A DNA stretch of 64,000 nucleotides, from positions 2,536 through 66,535 of the forward strand of contig CAZAZR010000003.1 of NCBI GenBank assembly GCA_964489685.1, read 5' to 3'. Below, in pieces: positions 24,501 through 34,685 of the stretch. Position 1 is the stretch's first letter; each line of letters starts with the position of its first letter. The DNA is from an uncultured Solibacteraceae bacterium. Its GTDB lineage: Bacteria > Acidobacteriota > Vicinamibacteria > Vicinamibacterales > SCN-69-37. Both the position numbers and the translations under genes were made by a program. The notes under the pieces were generated by a model. The model did not search any database. It saw only the letters and a program-made list of their open reading frames with translations, and was not told the DNA's origin.

Positions 24501-26428
24501 ACCTCTACGCTCATGTCCTTGAACGTGGTGTTCGTCCCGTCGCGAGCGGTGAGACGAAACACATAGTCGCCGGCCACCGTCAGGCCTCTGGCTTCGGATC
24601 GGATCAGGTTGGGCGTGGCCAGAGTGACGTTGGCCCCGCCGGGCTGGCTGATGACACTCCAGGTGACGTTGACCGCGTTGCCATCAATATCCACCACACC
24701 GCTGCGCAGCTCGGTGGTGCTGGCAGGCAACACGATCACGTCAGGCAACCGATAGTGCATGGAGTGGATAACCGGCGCCGCATTGACCGCGTGGCTGCGG
24801 AGGAACACCTCCCGAGTGACTGTGTGGGGGCCGTCGGACACATCGACGCCGAACACGTACTCGCCGGGCACGGTCAGCCCAGACACGGCTGTGGACGGGC
24901 CCTGGGGGACGGCAAATACCACGGCGGCCCCCTGCGGCGCACTGAGCACACGCCAGGCAAACGTCAGCGTGTCCCCTTCGGGGTCCGTCGCAGACGCCGA
25001 CAGGGTGGTTCGTGTTTCTCCTGCCCAACGGTTGAGGTGTCGCGCGGCCGACTTCCATCCCGTCACCAGAGGCGGTCGATTGGCTGCGGAGCGCGGATAC
25101 ACCGTCAGCACGGTGTTGGCGGGCAACTCCATCGTGAACGCCTGACCGCTCGACACCGTGCGTGGAGCCAGTTCCTGGCTCTCAGACCCGTGGATGGAGC
25201 GGCTGACGCCATAGAGCCCGGGCGCCAGGCCGTAGATTTCTGCCGTGGAGGGGACGGCGCCCGAGATCAGTATCGCGGTCGTCTCGTTCTGCCGTTCGAA
25301 GGCCAGCGCGCGCACGTTCGGTGTCGTGCTGGACGCGCCGATGCGCACCGCGCCGGGGCGAACGTACTTCATGATCTGGCGAAAGCTCCAGAAGCGCTCG
25401 TGCCGGGTGAACGAATGTCCATCAGCATCCACCGAGTAGAGCGCGGTGCGATCGGGTTCGGCACCAAATCCCACCATGGTGAACGACGCGCCCCACCGCG
25501 ACACGCCGCCAATCACCAGGTCGTCATAGAGCCCCTGAACCGTGGCCAGGAGCCCGTCCTGCTCGGTCTGTCCCACGGGAATGCCCTTGGCATTCGCCAG
25601 AGCGAGGATCGACGCGCGGTACGGGTCGTCCACGCCGTATTTGTGGTACGTGATCAGTCCGACATGAGACCAGAAGTCATTGTCGTTGCGCAGCGGGGCA
25701 ATCTGCAGTTCCCAGGCCATCCGTGCATCAAAGGACTCCGGGAACTGAATTCTTGTCGCGTATCCGGCCTGAACCAACCGGGCGCCAAGGGCCTTGACGA
25801 TCGGGGCGACGAAGGCGGGCCCCGCGTAGGTGGACGCCGCGAACTGGGGTTCGTTGATGACCGCGACTGAATCCACCTCGATCGCGTACTGCTCCTTCAG
25901 ATACTTCACGGCCGTGAACAAGTACTCGGCCCATTCCGCCGGGTTGTCCTGCAGCCACGCGGGAGTGCCATTCGCACCGAAATTTCCCATCGACAGATAG
26001 ATGTGGAATCGCTCGCCGTTGGCCTCAACCTTGCGCTTCAAGGGAAGCAGGTCGCGTTGTGCCACGAGGTCGAGCCACGCGACGTTGAACCTGGTTCGAT
26101 CTTCGGTCAGCGGGTCGTTGTTGTCGTTCACGGGCTCCCACAGCCGGTCCGGCGGGTGGTGATGCGACAGCACACGGACCGAGTTGAACCCGAATACATC
26201 GACCGCATCGTCATACAGCTGATCGAACAGCCTGGCCGGGTACGGTTCGAGCATGGTGGACATCTGCTCGCCCGTCGGTGACTGATCGGCGCCCCAGCCG
26301 AGGATGGTCTGGTGCCGGTCGGTGCGGTCCACGGAAATGGCAATCCGCTCGACGAGGCGGTCGCCGGTGGCCGACGTCGTGGCCAGGCACGTCAGCAGCA
26401 GAACCCAGAACGACATCCGGCGATCCAT
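24359..26428 (-). CDS. Secreted clan GH-A glycoside hydrolase (GH30-like) with two C-terminal PKD/Ig-like repeats
   Basis: Trimmed to ATG 26428 (MDRRMSFWVLLLTCLATTSATG signal). Motifs HQTILGWGA, VINEPQF (acid/base NEP), ITYHKY and GQTEQ (candidate nucleophile). Two repeats of about 85 aa follow. The last 43 codons overlap the convergent gene. Confidence 0.7.
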   Translation of the reverse strand: MDRRMSFWVLLLTCLATTSATGDRLVERIAISVDRTDRHQTILGWGADQSPTGEQMSTMLEPYPARLFDQLYDDAVDVFGFNSVRVLSHHHPPDRLWEPVNDNNDPLTEDRTRFNVAWLDLVAQRDLLPLKRKVEANGERFHIYLSMGNFGANGTPAWLQDNPAEWAEYLFTAVKYLKEQYAIEVDSVAVINEPQFAASTYAGPAFVAPIVKALGARLVQAGYATRIQFPESFDARMAWELQIAPLRNDNDFWSHVGLITYHKYGVDDPYRASILALANAKGIPVGQTEQDGLLATVQGLYDDLVIGGVSRWGASFTMVGFGAEPDRTALYSVDADGHSFTRHERFWSFRQIMKYVRPGAVRIGASSTTPNVRALAFERQNETTAILISGAVPSTAEIYGLAPGLYGVSRSIHGSESQELAPRTVSSGQAFTMELPANTVLTVYPRSAANRPPLVTGWKSAARHLNRWAGETRTTLSASATDPEGDTLTFAWRVLSAPQGAAVVFAVPQGPSTAVSGLTVPGEYVFGVDVSDGPHTVTREVFLRSHAVNAAPVIHSMHYRLPDVIVLPASTTELRSGVVDIDGNAVNVTWSVISQPGGANVTLATPNLIRSEARGLTVAGDYVFRLTARDGTNTTFKDMSVEVYPPTPSRVITPPQLSARSAASSSRTTRSPAAPSTIGRSDREIQSAK
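24491..25000 (-). repeat. Two tandem PKD/Ig-like domain repeats at protein level inside the hydrolase gene
   Basis: Repeat 1: SATDPEGDTLTFAWRVLSAPQGAAVVFAVPQGPSTAVSGLTVPGEYVFGVDVSDGPHTVTREV. Repeat 2: VVDIDGNAVNVTWSVISQPGGANVTLATPNLIRSEARGLTVAGDYVFRLTARDGTNTTFKDMSVEV. Confidence 0.7.
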
Positions 26429-26504
26429 TCCGTCCCCCTTGAAGAGTCCCCAGACCATTGTATTTCGGTTCATCGGCCTCACCTGCCTTCTTCTACACTG
26501 TCGT

Positions 26505-29500
26505 ATGCGCCGCCTTGCCTCCGTTTGCCTGTTGTTATTCACGTTCGCTCTTGCCACTCACGCCCAGAACACACCCCTGACGGTGCTCGAGGCCGGTCCG
26601 ACAGGTCCGTTGGCCCAACTCTCTGACGCGAATGAGGTACGGCTGATTTTTTCGGAACCGATGGTGGCCCTCGGCCGCGTACCGTCCAACCCGCAGATTC
26701 CGTGGGTGACCATCACGCCGCGCATCGCCGGCGCGTTTCGCTGGTCGGGCACGACGATCCTGATCTTCACCCCTGACCCATCCGCGCCGCTGCCGTTTGC
26801 AACCCGGTACACCGTCAACGTCGATGCCAACGCCACGAGCGCGGCGGGACGCAGGCTCGGCACACCCTACCGATTCGAGTTCACCACACCAACAGTGCAG
26901 CTGACGTCCGCGCGCTGGTATCGGAAGAACCGCCGCGCGAACAGCCCGGTGGTCGTCGCACTGCAGTTCAACCAGCGCGTGCGGCCCGCAGACGTGCTGG
27001 CACACGTGAAGGTGCGCCATGAAGCACACGAATGGGAAGCGCCGGCCTTCACTGAGCGCGAACAGGCGCGTCTGGCAGCGGGCGATCCGGCCGGCCTTGC
27101 GGCGTTCCTGGCGAAAGTGGCCGCCACTCGCCGCACCACACAATCCATGGCGCCCGTCGCGCTGCGACTGGCCACAGAGTGGGACCGCGAACGGTTTCCG
27201 CCAAGCGACTCACTCGTGATGGTTGAAACAGTGACGGTCCCTGCTCCGGGAGCCTGGCTCGCGGTCACGGCCGACGCCTCGATGCCCAGTCCGGCGGGCC
27301 GCGAAGTGCGAGGCGAGCCATCCGTCAGCGTGGTCGAACTCGAACCGGCCTTCTTCGCACAGCAGATGCCCTGCGCCGACGGATGTGATCCGTCGGGCTG
27401 GAATCCCGTACGGTTCACCACGTCGGTCACACGGCGCGCTTTTTCCTCGGGCCTGAGCATCCGCGATATCACTGATGCCGCAGGTGAGACGACGGTCAGC
27501 AAGCCCACGACCGCCGCTGCGCCCACCTTCAGCGAGGCCGAATCCGACCGTGCGTACAACGTGGAGGATGGCGGGTTCGAGCGTCAGACGCCGGCCAGGA
27601 CGTGGCGCCTCCGCCTCGACCCCTCCCTCCGCTCCGAAGATGGCCAGACCCTTGGCTACACATGGATTGCGATCGTCGACAACCAGCACGAGCAGGCGTT
27701 CGTGAGCTTCGGTGATGGCCATGGCGTGTGGGAAAAGAGCAGCGGCCCCATGCTGCCCTTCTCGGCCAGGAACTTCCGCACAGTCACCCAGTGGCTGTCA
27801 CGCGTCAGTCTCGACACACTCATGCCCACGCTGCTCACGCTGCAGAACGACAATTTCAGAACGGCGCCGACCGGCGTCGGCACAGCCCGGAAGCTGACGG
27901 TGAGACCCGACGCGATTCAGGCGCACGGCATTGACCTGACGCCGGTCTTGTCGGCCGCCGGCACAGGCCTGGTGCGAGCCACGGTCATGCCGGGCACGAC
28001 CATCGATCGTGTGGCCGGGCAAACGGACCCCGATGGCACGGCGCGGACCAGCCTGCCGCGCTCTACCGTCGTGCAGGCCACCAACCTCGGCCTGACGGTC
28101 AAGGACAGCCCGCAGAACACACTGGTCTTCGTCACGAGTCTCGACACCGGCGCGCCCGTCGCACACGCGCGCGTGTCCATCGTCAACCTGAAGAACGTCC
28201 GGGTGTGGCAGGGCACGACGAACACCGACGGCATCGCGATGGCTCCTGCCCTGCCGTTGCGCAGCGACAACGCATGGGAACTCCAGTTCATTGTCACGGC
28301 AGAAAAAGACGGTGATGTGTCGTACGTCGGCTCGGATTGGAACGAAGGCATCTATCCGTGGGCGTTCGACGTGCCATACGCACTCGAAGAAGCCACGCCG
28401 CTGCTGCGGGGTTCGGTCTTCACCGATCGGGGTGTCTACAAACCCGGCGAAGAAATCCACGTCAAGGCGATCGTCAGGTCCGATACGCCGAATGGCATTC
28501 GATCGTTGCCGGAGGGGACAACCCTCAATGTACGCACGCATGACAGCCGCGACCGCCTGGTGGACGAGCGAACGATCCGCCTGAACACCTGGAGCAGCGC
28601 TGAATGGACCTGGACGGTACCGGCCGCCGCAACCCTGGGCACATACCGGCTCGAGGTGGAATGGCCCGAGCCTGGAGCACCGGCGGCCACCGTAGACGCG
28701 GCGAGGCACAATAGCTGGCTGCGGACGATCAGTGGGGATTTCCTGGTGGCGGCGTACCGCAAGCCGGACTTCAGAGTGGATGCCACGCTCACCGCGGACG
28801 CGCCGATTGCCGGCGCGACGCTGCAGGCGGCAGCGACCGCGCAGTATTTGTTCGGCAGTCCGCTTGCCTCGCGCCCGGTTCGTTGGACCGTGACCCGGCA
28901 GCCGGAGTTTGGTGTGCCCGCCGCCATTCGCGACCGCTACCCGGAGGAACGGTTCGACTTTGGCGCACCCGCGCGGGAAGAGCGCGTGGATGCCGCCGTG
29001 GCCGGCGATACGGCCGCCGTGGACACGGCGGGCCGCTTCACGACCACGGTCACGCTCGATCGCAGGGCAGACCTGGCGTTTCGCTACACGTTTGAAGCTG
29101 AAGTCGAGGATGTCTCACGACAACGTATCGCCAACCGGGCGTCACTGATCGTCCATCCGGCGGCGTTCTATGTCGGCCTTGGTGTGCGCGACCGATTCGC
29201 CAACGCCAGCGCCGGCGCATCGGTGGCGGTCGTCGCTGCTGACGTGAACGGCCGCGTCGTCCCCGGCACACAGGTGACTGTGGCCTTGATTCGCGAGCAG
29301 TGGAACTCCGTGCGCACGGCGCAAGGCCAGGGATTCTACGAGTGGGAAACGACGCGAACGGAAGTGCCCGCGGGATCGTGGACGGTCACGACAGGGGTCG
29401 AGCCGGTCAATCTGGCCATCCCTGTGCCCGAAGGTGGCTCGTACCTGATTCGCGCCACCGCCCAGGATGCCGAGGGTCGAAGTACACGAACGGAAACCTC

Positions 29501-32315
29501 GTTCTACGGTCTGGGCAGCGGCTACACGGCGTGGCAGCGGTTCGATCACAACCGCATCACGCTGACGCCAGAACGGCAGACCTGGAAGGTGGGCGAACGG
29601 GCACGCGTGATGATCGAGTCGCCATGGGACACCGCCACGGCATTGCTCACCGTGGAGCGTGAAGGCGTTCGCAGCCACCAGCGATTCACGCTGACGTCCA
29701 CACAGCAGACCGTGGACATTCCCATCACCGAAGACGAGATTCCGAACATCTACGTCTCGGTGCTGCTCATCCGTGGCCGCACCTCCAACGACTTCGGTCA
29801 GGACGGCAGTGACCCGGGCAAACCCGCGTTCCGGCTGGGGTATACGCAACTCAAAGTCGAGGACGCCACCAAGCGACTGTCGGTGGCCGTTTCGGCCGAC
29901 CGCCCCGAATACCGCCCGGCCAGCAACGCCAGGGTCACGGTGAAAGTGGCCGACGCCGCCGCGCGTGGCGTGGCCAGCGAAGTGACATTGTGGGCGGTGG
30001 ACTACGGCGTGCTGTCGCTCACCGGCTATCAGGCCCCTGACGTGGCAAGCGCCGTGTATCTGGCGAAGGGCCTGCAGGTGATGACCGCAGACAGCCGGCA
30101 GCGCATCGTGTCGCGCCGTGTGCTGACACCCAAGGGCGGAGACGCGGGTGGAGGTGGCGGCCTGGACAATGTCCGCCAGGACTTCAGACCGCTCGCGTTC
30201 TGGCTGGGCTCGGTCGTGACCAACGCCAACGGCACGGCCACCACCGAGGTCAAGTTGCCGGAGTCGTTGACGACGTACCGCATTCTGGCCGTTGCGGGCG
30301 ATGCGGCTTCGCGATTCGGATCGGGTTCCGCCGAAATGAAGGTCAGCAAACCGGTGACGATGCTGGGTGCATTCCCCCGGTTCCTGAGCATGGGCGATTC
30401 GGCAACCTTCGGGGCCGTGGTGACAAACACACTGAGCGCCGGCGGAGACGCGCGTGTCACCATTCGCAGCCTCGATCCAGGCATCGTGGAAATCACAGGC
30501 CCCGCCACGCAGAGCCTGTCCCTGGGTGCAGGGAGCAGTACGAATGTGCGGTTCTCGGCTGGGGCCCGACGCGTCGGCCTGGCACGCGTGCAGATGACCG
30601 TGACGCTTGGGGCCAACACCGATGCGTTTGAGGCGACCGTACCGGTGACCGCGCTCACGCGACTTGAGACCAGCGCTGCGTTCGGCGACACGACAGATCG
30701 AGCGACTCAGCCGTTCGAAGTGCCAGCGGGCGTGGCCCCAGCCGTTGGCAGCCTCTCGATCGATTGGGCGTCCACGGCGATGGTCGGCCTTGGAACGGGT
30801 GCGCGGTATCTGGTGGACTATCCCTACGGATGCGCTGAACAGAAGGCGTCCGCGGCGATGGCCTTCCTGCTGGCGGCCGATCTGGGCGCGGCGTTCTCAC
30901 TAGGCGACATCAACCCGGCCGACTATCGCGATCGCGCCGTTCGCCTGCTGCAGGACCTGACGAAGTTCCAGGGCACGGACGGGGGCTTCGGCCTCTGGCC
31001 TGGCGTGATGTCCGACCCGTACCTGACGGCCTACATCCTCCATGTCATGAAGACCGGTCAGGACCTGGGCGTGGCGCCCGAGGCGGCCGTGGTGGAGCGC
31101 GCACTTGACTATCTGGCGCAAGTGCTGGCGCAGCCCGCTCCGGCGCAGGTGCAATGGATTCCAATCTGGGCGGCTTCACAAGCCTTCGGCGTGAAGATGC
31201 TCGCCGAGTTCGGCCGCGATCAGGATTCAAACATCACGCGCCTGGTCGGCGTGGCAGACCGCGTGCCCGTGTTCGCGTTGTCATATCTGCTCGACGCGAT
31301 GGCGGCGACCAAAGACCGTGGACCACGGTATGTCGCCACGCTCGCACGTGTGACCAACGCGCTCCGCGTGGAGGGGGATCAGACCCACGTGCAGGAGTTG
31401 AACGAAGACGCGCTCGGCTGGATCTGGCACTCGAACATCAGGTCCACGGCGATCGTGCTCAGCGGCATGGCACGCCGGCAGGATGCGCCGGTGGTGATCC
31501 CGGGCCTCGTGCGATGGCTCAACCTCGCGCGCAAGGATGGCCACTGGGGCAGCACACAGAGCAACGCGACCACGCTTGAAGCGATGGTGCGGTACTCCCG
31601 CGCGTTTGAGTCCGAAGTGCCCGACATGACCGCCACGGCGACGATCGGCACGAGACCCGTGGGCACGGCCACGTTCCAGGGTCGATCACTCGTGGCCCAG
31701 CAACTACGGCTTGCCATGCCCGAACTGTTGCGCTTGGCTGAGGCCGGGTCCACCACCGAGCTCACCATCAGCAAGGCCGGCACTGGGCGGCTCTATTATT
31801 CGACGCGTTTCCAATATGCCCTTCAGCAGGCGCTGCCGGCGCTCGACCAGGGCATGCGCGTCGAACGCCGTTACGAGACGTTTGTGGAAAATGGCGATGG
31901 CCGCGCCGATACCTCGTTCGCTGCCGGCGACCTCGTTCGTGTCGTGCTGCGGGTGACCTTGCCGAAGGAACGGCGTTACGTGGCGGTGACGGACCCTGTG
32001 CCGGCTGGCTTCGAGGCGGTGGACGGGTGGTTCAGTACGACGGCATCGGACCTGGCCCGCCAGTCGTCGGTGTCGGGCGATGAGGGCGGCAACTGGTGGC
32101 GGCGCTGGCAGCGAGGCGGATTCGACCATGTCGAGAAGTTCGACGACCGCGTCATGATTTTCGCCACGCGCCTGAGTGACGGCACGCACGAGTATTCGTA
32201 CCTCGTCAGGGCCACCACCTCAGGTACCTTCACCGCCCAGGGCACCTGGGCCGAGGAAATGTATGCGCCCGAGGTCAACGGCCGCAGTTCGCCGGCCACG
32301 GTCGTGATCAGATGA
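26505..32315 (+). CDS. Bacterial alpha-2-macroglobulin family protein (YfhM/ECAM-like) with intact thioester
   Basis: Trimmed to ATG 26505 (MRRLASVCLLLFTFALATHAQ signal), 1936 aa. Thioester motif GCAEQ. The length and repeated beta-sandwich-like segments are typical of MG domains. ATGA-coupled to pbpC. Confidence 0.9.
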   Translation: MRRLASVCLLLFTFALATHAQNTPLTVLEAGPTGPLAQLSDANEVRLIFSEPMVALGRVPSNPQIPWVTITPRIAGAFRWSGTTILIFTPDPSAPLPFATRYTVNVDANATSAAGRRLGTPYRFEFTTPTVQLTSARWYRKNRRANSPVVVALQFNQRVRPADVLAHVKVRHEAHEWEAPAFTEREQARLAAGDPAGLAAFLAKVAATRRTTQSMAPVALRLATEWDRERFPPSDSLVMVETVTVPAPGAWLAVTADASMPSPAGREVRGEPSVSVVELEPAFFAQQMPCADGCDPSGWNPVRFTTSVTRRAFSSGLSIRDITDAAGETTVSKPTTAAAPTFSEAESDRAYNVEDGGFERQTPARTWRLRLDPSLRSEDGQTLGYTWIAIVDNQHEQAFVSFGDGHGVWEKSSGPMLPFSARNFRTVTQWLSRVSLDTLMPTLLTLQNDNFRTAPTGVGTARKLTVRPDAIQAHGIDLTPVLSAAGTGLVRATVMPGTTIDRVAGQTDPDGTARTSLPRSTVVQATNLGLTVKDSPQNTLVFVTSLDTGAPVAHARVSIVNLKNVRVWQGTTNTDGIAMAPALPLRSDNAWELQFIVTAEKDGDVSYVGSDWNEGIYPWAFDVPYALEEATPLLRGSVFTDRGVYKPGEEIHVKAIVRSDTPNGIRSLPEGTTLNVRTHDSRDRLVDERTIRLNTWSSAEWTWTVPAAATLGTYRLEVEWPEPGAPAATVDAARHNSWLRTISGDFLVAAYRKPDFRVDATLTADAPIAGATLQAAATAQYLFGSPLASRPVRWTVTRQPEFGVPAAIRDRYPEERFDFGAPAREERVDAAVAGDTAAVDTAGRFTTTVTLDRRADLAFRYTFEAEVEDVSRQRIANRASLIVHPAAFYVGLGVRDRFANASAGASVAVVAADVNGRVVPGTQVTVALIREQWNSVRTAQGQGFYEWETTRTEVPAGSWTVTTGVEPVNLAIPVPEGGSYLIRATAQDAEGRSTRTETSFYGLGSGYTAWQRFDHNRITLTPERQTWKVGERARVMIESPWDTATALLTVEREGVRSHQRFTLTSTQQTVDIPITEDEIPNIYVSVLLIRGRTSNDFGQDGSDPGKPAFRLGYTQLKVEDATKRLSVAVSADRPEYRPASNARVTVKVADAAARGVASEVTLWAVDYGVLSLTGYQAPDVASAVYLAKGLQVMTADSRQRIVSRRVLTPKGGDAGGGGGLDNVRQDFRPLAFWLGSVVTNANGTATTEVKLPESLTTYRILAVAGDAASRFGSGSAEMKVSKPVTMLGAFPRFLSMGDSATFGAVVTNTLSAGGDARVTIRSLDPGIVEITGPATQSLSLGAGSSTNVRFSAGARRVGLARVQMTVTLGANTDAFEATVPVTALTRLETSAAFGDTTDRATQPFEVPAGVAPAVGSLSIDWASTAMVGLGTGARYLVDYPYGCAEQKASAAMAFLLAADLGAAFSLGDINPADYRDRAVRLLQDLTKFQGTDGGFGLWPGVMSDPYLTAYILHVMKTGQDLGVAPEAAVVERALDYLAQVLAQPAPAQVQWIPIWAASQAFGVKMLAEFGRDQDSNITRLVGVADRVPVFALSYLLDAMAATKDRGPRYVATLARVTNALRVEGDQTHVQELNEDALGWIWHSNIRSTAIVLSGMARRQDAPVVIPGLVRWLNLARKDGHWGSTQSNATTLEAMVRYSRAFESEVPDMTATATIGTRPVGTATFQGRSLVAQQLRLAMPELLRLAEAGSTTELTISKAGTGRLYYSTRFQYALQQALPALDQGMRVERRYETFVENGDGRADTSFAAGDLVRVVLRVTLPKERRYVAVTDPVPAGFEAVDGWFSTTASDLARQSSVSGDEGGNWWRRWQRGGFDHVEKFDDRVMIFATRLSDGTHEYSYLVRATTSGTFTAQGTWAEEMYAPEVNGRSSPATVVIR
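30828..30842 (+). other. Thioester site GCAEQ of the alpha-2-macroglobulin
   Basis: gga tgc gct gaa cag, within the context DYPYGCAEQKASAAM. Confidence 0.85.
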
Positions 32316-34666
32316 TGGTGAAGATTGGGAAGTGGGGAAGTTGCCTGCTTGTCTTTCTGCTCCTGCTGTTCTGGTTGCGCGTTGGTGCACTGCCCGACGC
32401 CTTTACTACGCCTGATCCGAGCGCACCATCCATCACCGTGCTCGATCGGCACGGCGAGGTGCTGTACGAAACGCGCTCGGGGACAGGGATGCGGGCGGCG
32501 CCACTCGCACAGGGCGACATTCCGCCGGGCGTCGCCGCCGCGACCCTGGCGGCTGAAGACCGGCGCTTCGAGTCGCACTGGGGCGTGGACCCGATCTCCA
32601 TCGTCCGCGCGGCCATCGCGAATGTACGCGCCCTGCGGGTGGTGCAGGGCGGATCGACGATCACCCAGCAGGTGGTGTCACTCATCGAGGCCCGTCACGG
32701 ACGCCCACCGGCCCGCACCATGGGCCAGAAGATCCGTGAAGGCGTGATCGCATTCCGGCTGGAGCACCACTGGTCGAAAGAACAGATTCTCGCGCGTTAC
32801 CTGGAACTCGCGCCGTATGGCAATCAGGTGGAAGGCATCACACGCGCCAGTACGTTCTACTTCAACCGGCCGCTGTCGGCGCTGACGCCGGCCCAGGCCG
32901 CGTACCTGGCCGCGCTGCCGCAACAGCCCAGCCGTTTCAATCCGCGCCGCGATGTGGCGCTCGCCCTGCCGCGCCAGCAGCACATCCTGGCTGCGATGGA
33001 AGACGCCCAGGCGCTCTCGGCGGTGGATGCACGGATCGCGCGTGACGAACGCATCTCGATCGAGCGCCCGGCCGATGCACTCATCGCGCCCCACTTCGTC
33101 CAGCGCGTCCTCGCGCAGTCGGCCAGTTCCGCCAGTTCCGCCAGCCACATTATTCGCACGTCGCTCGACGCGCCGCTTCAGCGCAGCATCCTGGGCATCC
33201 TGCGCGCGCACCGCGCAACGCTCACACGTCATGACGCCAACAATGTGGCCGTGGCCGTGCTCGACAACCGCACAGGTGAATGGCTGGCCTGGGAGGGGTC
33301 TGGTGATTACTTCGATGAAGACCACGGCGGCGCCATCGATGGCGTGGTGTCGCCGCGGCAACCGGGTTCGGCACTCAAGCCGTTCACGTATGCGGCCGCG
33401 TTCGAAACCGGCTGGCATCCCGGCCGTGTGCTGCCGGACATTCCAAGCCAGTTCCCCACGGCCGAGCCGGGCATCCTGTATCGGCCGCGCAACTACGACG
33501 GCCGGTTCCGGGGACCCCTGCGCGCGCGGCTGGCGCTGGCCGGCTCTGAAAATGTCCCGGCCGTGGCTCTGGCGTCGGCCATCGGCGTGCCGGCAGTGGC
33601 GAGCGTGTTGCGCAAGTCAGGCCTCTCGACACTCGACAAAACGGCGGCGCACTACGGCCTGGGCCTCACGCTCGGTAACGCCGAAGTCCGCCTCGACGAA
33701 CTGGTGGCGGCCTACGCGATGATCGCGCGCGGCGGACTGGCCGTGACACCCTCCATGGGCCCCACGCCTAACTCCGGAGTCGCCGACCACGGGCCGCCAA
33801 CCCGAGTCCTCTCCCCCCGCGCCGCATTCTGGATTGGCGACATTCTGTCTGACCGCGACGCGCGCGAGTACATCTTCGGCGAGGGCAGCAGCCTCGACTT
33901 CCCCTTTGCGGTCGCGGCCAAGACCGGCACGTCGCAGGCGTATCACGACAACTGGACGATTGGCTTCACACGTGACGTCACCGTCGGAGTCTGGGTGGGC
34001 AACTTCGACCGGACGCCGCTCCGTCAGTCGTCAGGCGTCACGGGCGCCGGGCCGATGTTTCGCGACGTCATGCTCGCCGCCGTTGAACGCGTGCGCGGCA
34101 CGCTGCCGCTGTTCGACCCGTCGCCGCTCGCCGCGCCTCCAGATGACTTGCGCGAAACCACGCTGTGCGCGCTCTCGGGCATGGTGGCCGGCGCCGCCTG
34201 CCCGGTTCGCACGCGTGAATTCCTATCTGCGGCCGACACGCCGCACGAGTGCCAGTGGCATCACGCGAGCGATCGTGGCCTGGTCACGGTGTGGCCCGTT
34301 GAGTATCGCGAGTGGGCCAGGGCGAGCGGCGAGACTCGGGTTGATTCCCCGGCCGCGCACCCGACCGCGTCGGCGGCTGCCGAGGCCGAACGACCTCGGC
34401 GCACGACCGTCAGCACACTGACGGTCCATCACCCACCCGCCGGGGCCACGTACCTGATCGATCCCACGCTGCGTCCAGATTTTCAGACACTTCCGCTCCG
34501 CGCCCGCGGCGCGACGGGCAGAGTGGAGTGGTTTGTCGATGAGGCGCCGGTCGGCGTGTCCCTGGGCGAAGCGCCCCTTGCGTGGCCGCTCGCCCGCGGC
34601 TCGCACACCATTCGCGCGCGTGATGCCAACGGGCGATCAGCGTCCACGCACATCACGGTGAAGTGA
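32312..34666 (+). CDS. pbpC: Penicillin-binding protein 1C (bifunctional transglycosylase/transpeptidase)
   Basis: 784 aa. GT51 motifs AAEDRRFESHWGVDPISIVRA and GGSTITQQV. Transpeptidase motifs SALKP (SxxK), SEN (SxN) and KTGTS (KTG). C-terminal PbpC-type beta domain. ATGA overlap with the A2M stop (32312-32315). Confidence 0.9.
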   Translation: MMVKIGKWGSCLLVFLLLLFWLRVGALPDAFTTPDPSAPSITVLDRHGEVLYETRSGTGMRAAPLAQGDIPPGVAAATLAAEDRRFESHWGVDPISIVRAAIANVRALRVVQGGSTITQQVVSLIEARHGRPPARTMGQKIREGVIAFRLEHHWSKEQILARYLELAPYGNQVEGITRASTFYFNRPLSALTPAQAAYLAALPQQPSRFNPRRDVALALPRQQHILAAMEDAQALSAVDARIARDERISIERPADALIAPHFVQRVLAQSASSASSASHIIRTSLDAPLQRSILGILRAHRATLTRHDANNVAVAVLDNRTGEWLAWEGSGDYFDEDHGGAIDGVVSPRQPGSALKPFTYAAAFETGWHPGRVLPDIPSQFPTAEPGILYRPRNYDGRFRGPLRARLALAGSENVPAVALASAIGVPAVASVLRKSGLSTLDKTAAHYGLGLTLGNAEVRLDELVAAYAMIARGGLAVTPSMGPTPNSGVADHGPPTRVLSPRAAFWIGDILSDRDAREYIFGEGSSLDFPFAVAAKTGTSQAYHDNWTIGFTRDVTVGVWVGNFDRTPLRQSSGVTGAGPMFRDVMLAAVERVRGTLPLFDPSPLAAPPDDLRETTLCALSGMVAGAACPVRTREFLSAADTPHECQWHHASDRGLVTVWPVEYREWARASGETRVDSPAAHPTASAAAEAERPRRTTVSTLTVHHPPAGATYLIDPTLRPDFQTLPLRARGATGRVEWFVDEAPVGVSLGEAPLAWPLARGSHTIRARDANGRSASTHITVK

Positions 34667-34685
34667 CCGAGCGCCCGCCGTCGCC

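Noticed and set aside
26304-26504. 67-codon upstream extension of the alpha-2-macroglobulin ORF
   Set aside because: A canonical signal peptide starts at ATG 26505. The extension overlaps the divergent hydrolase gene start and has no homology-like features.
33122-33146. 9-nt tandem repeat gccagttcc x2 plus a partial copy inside pbpC
   Set aside because: It is in frame and encodes SASSASSAS in an inter-domain linker. It is too short to act as a contingency locus and is probably a trivial microduplication.
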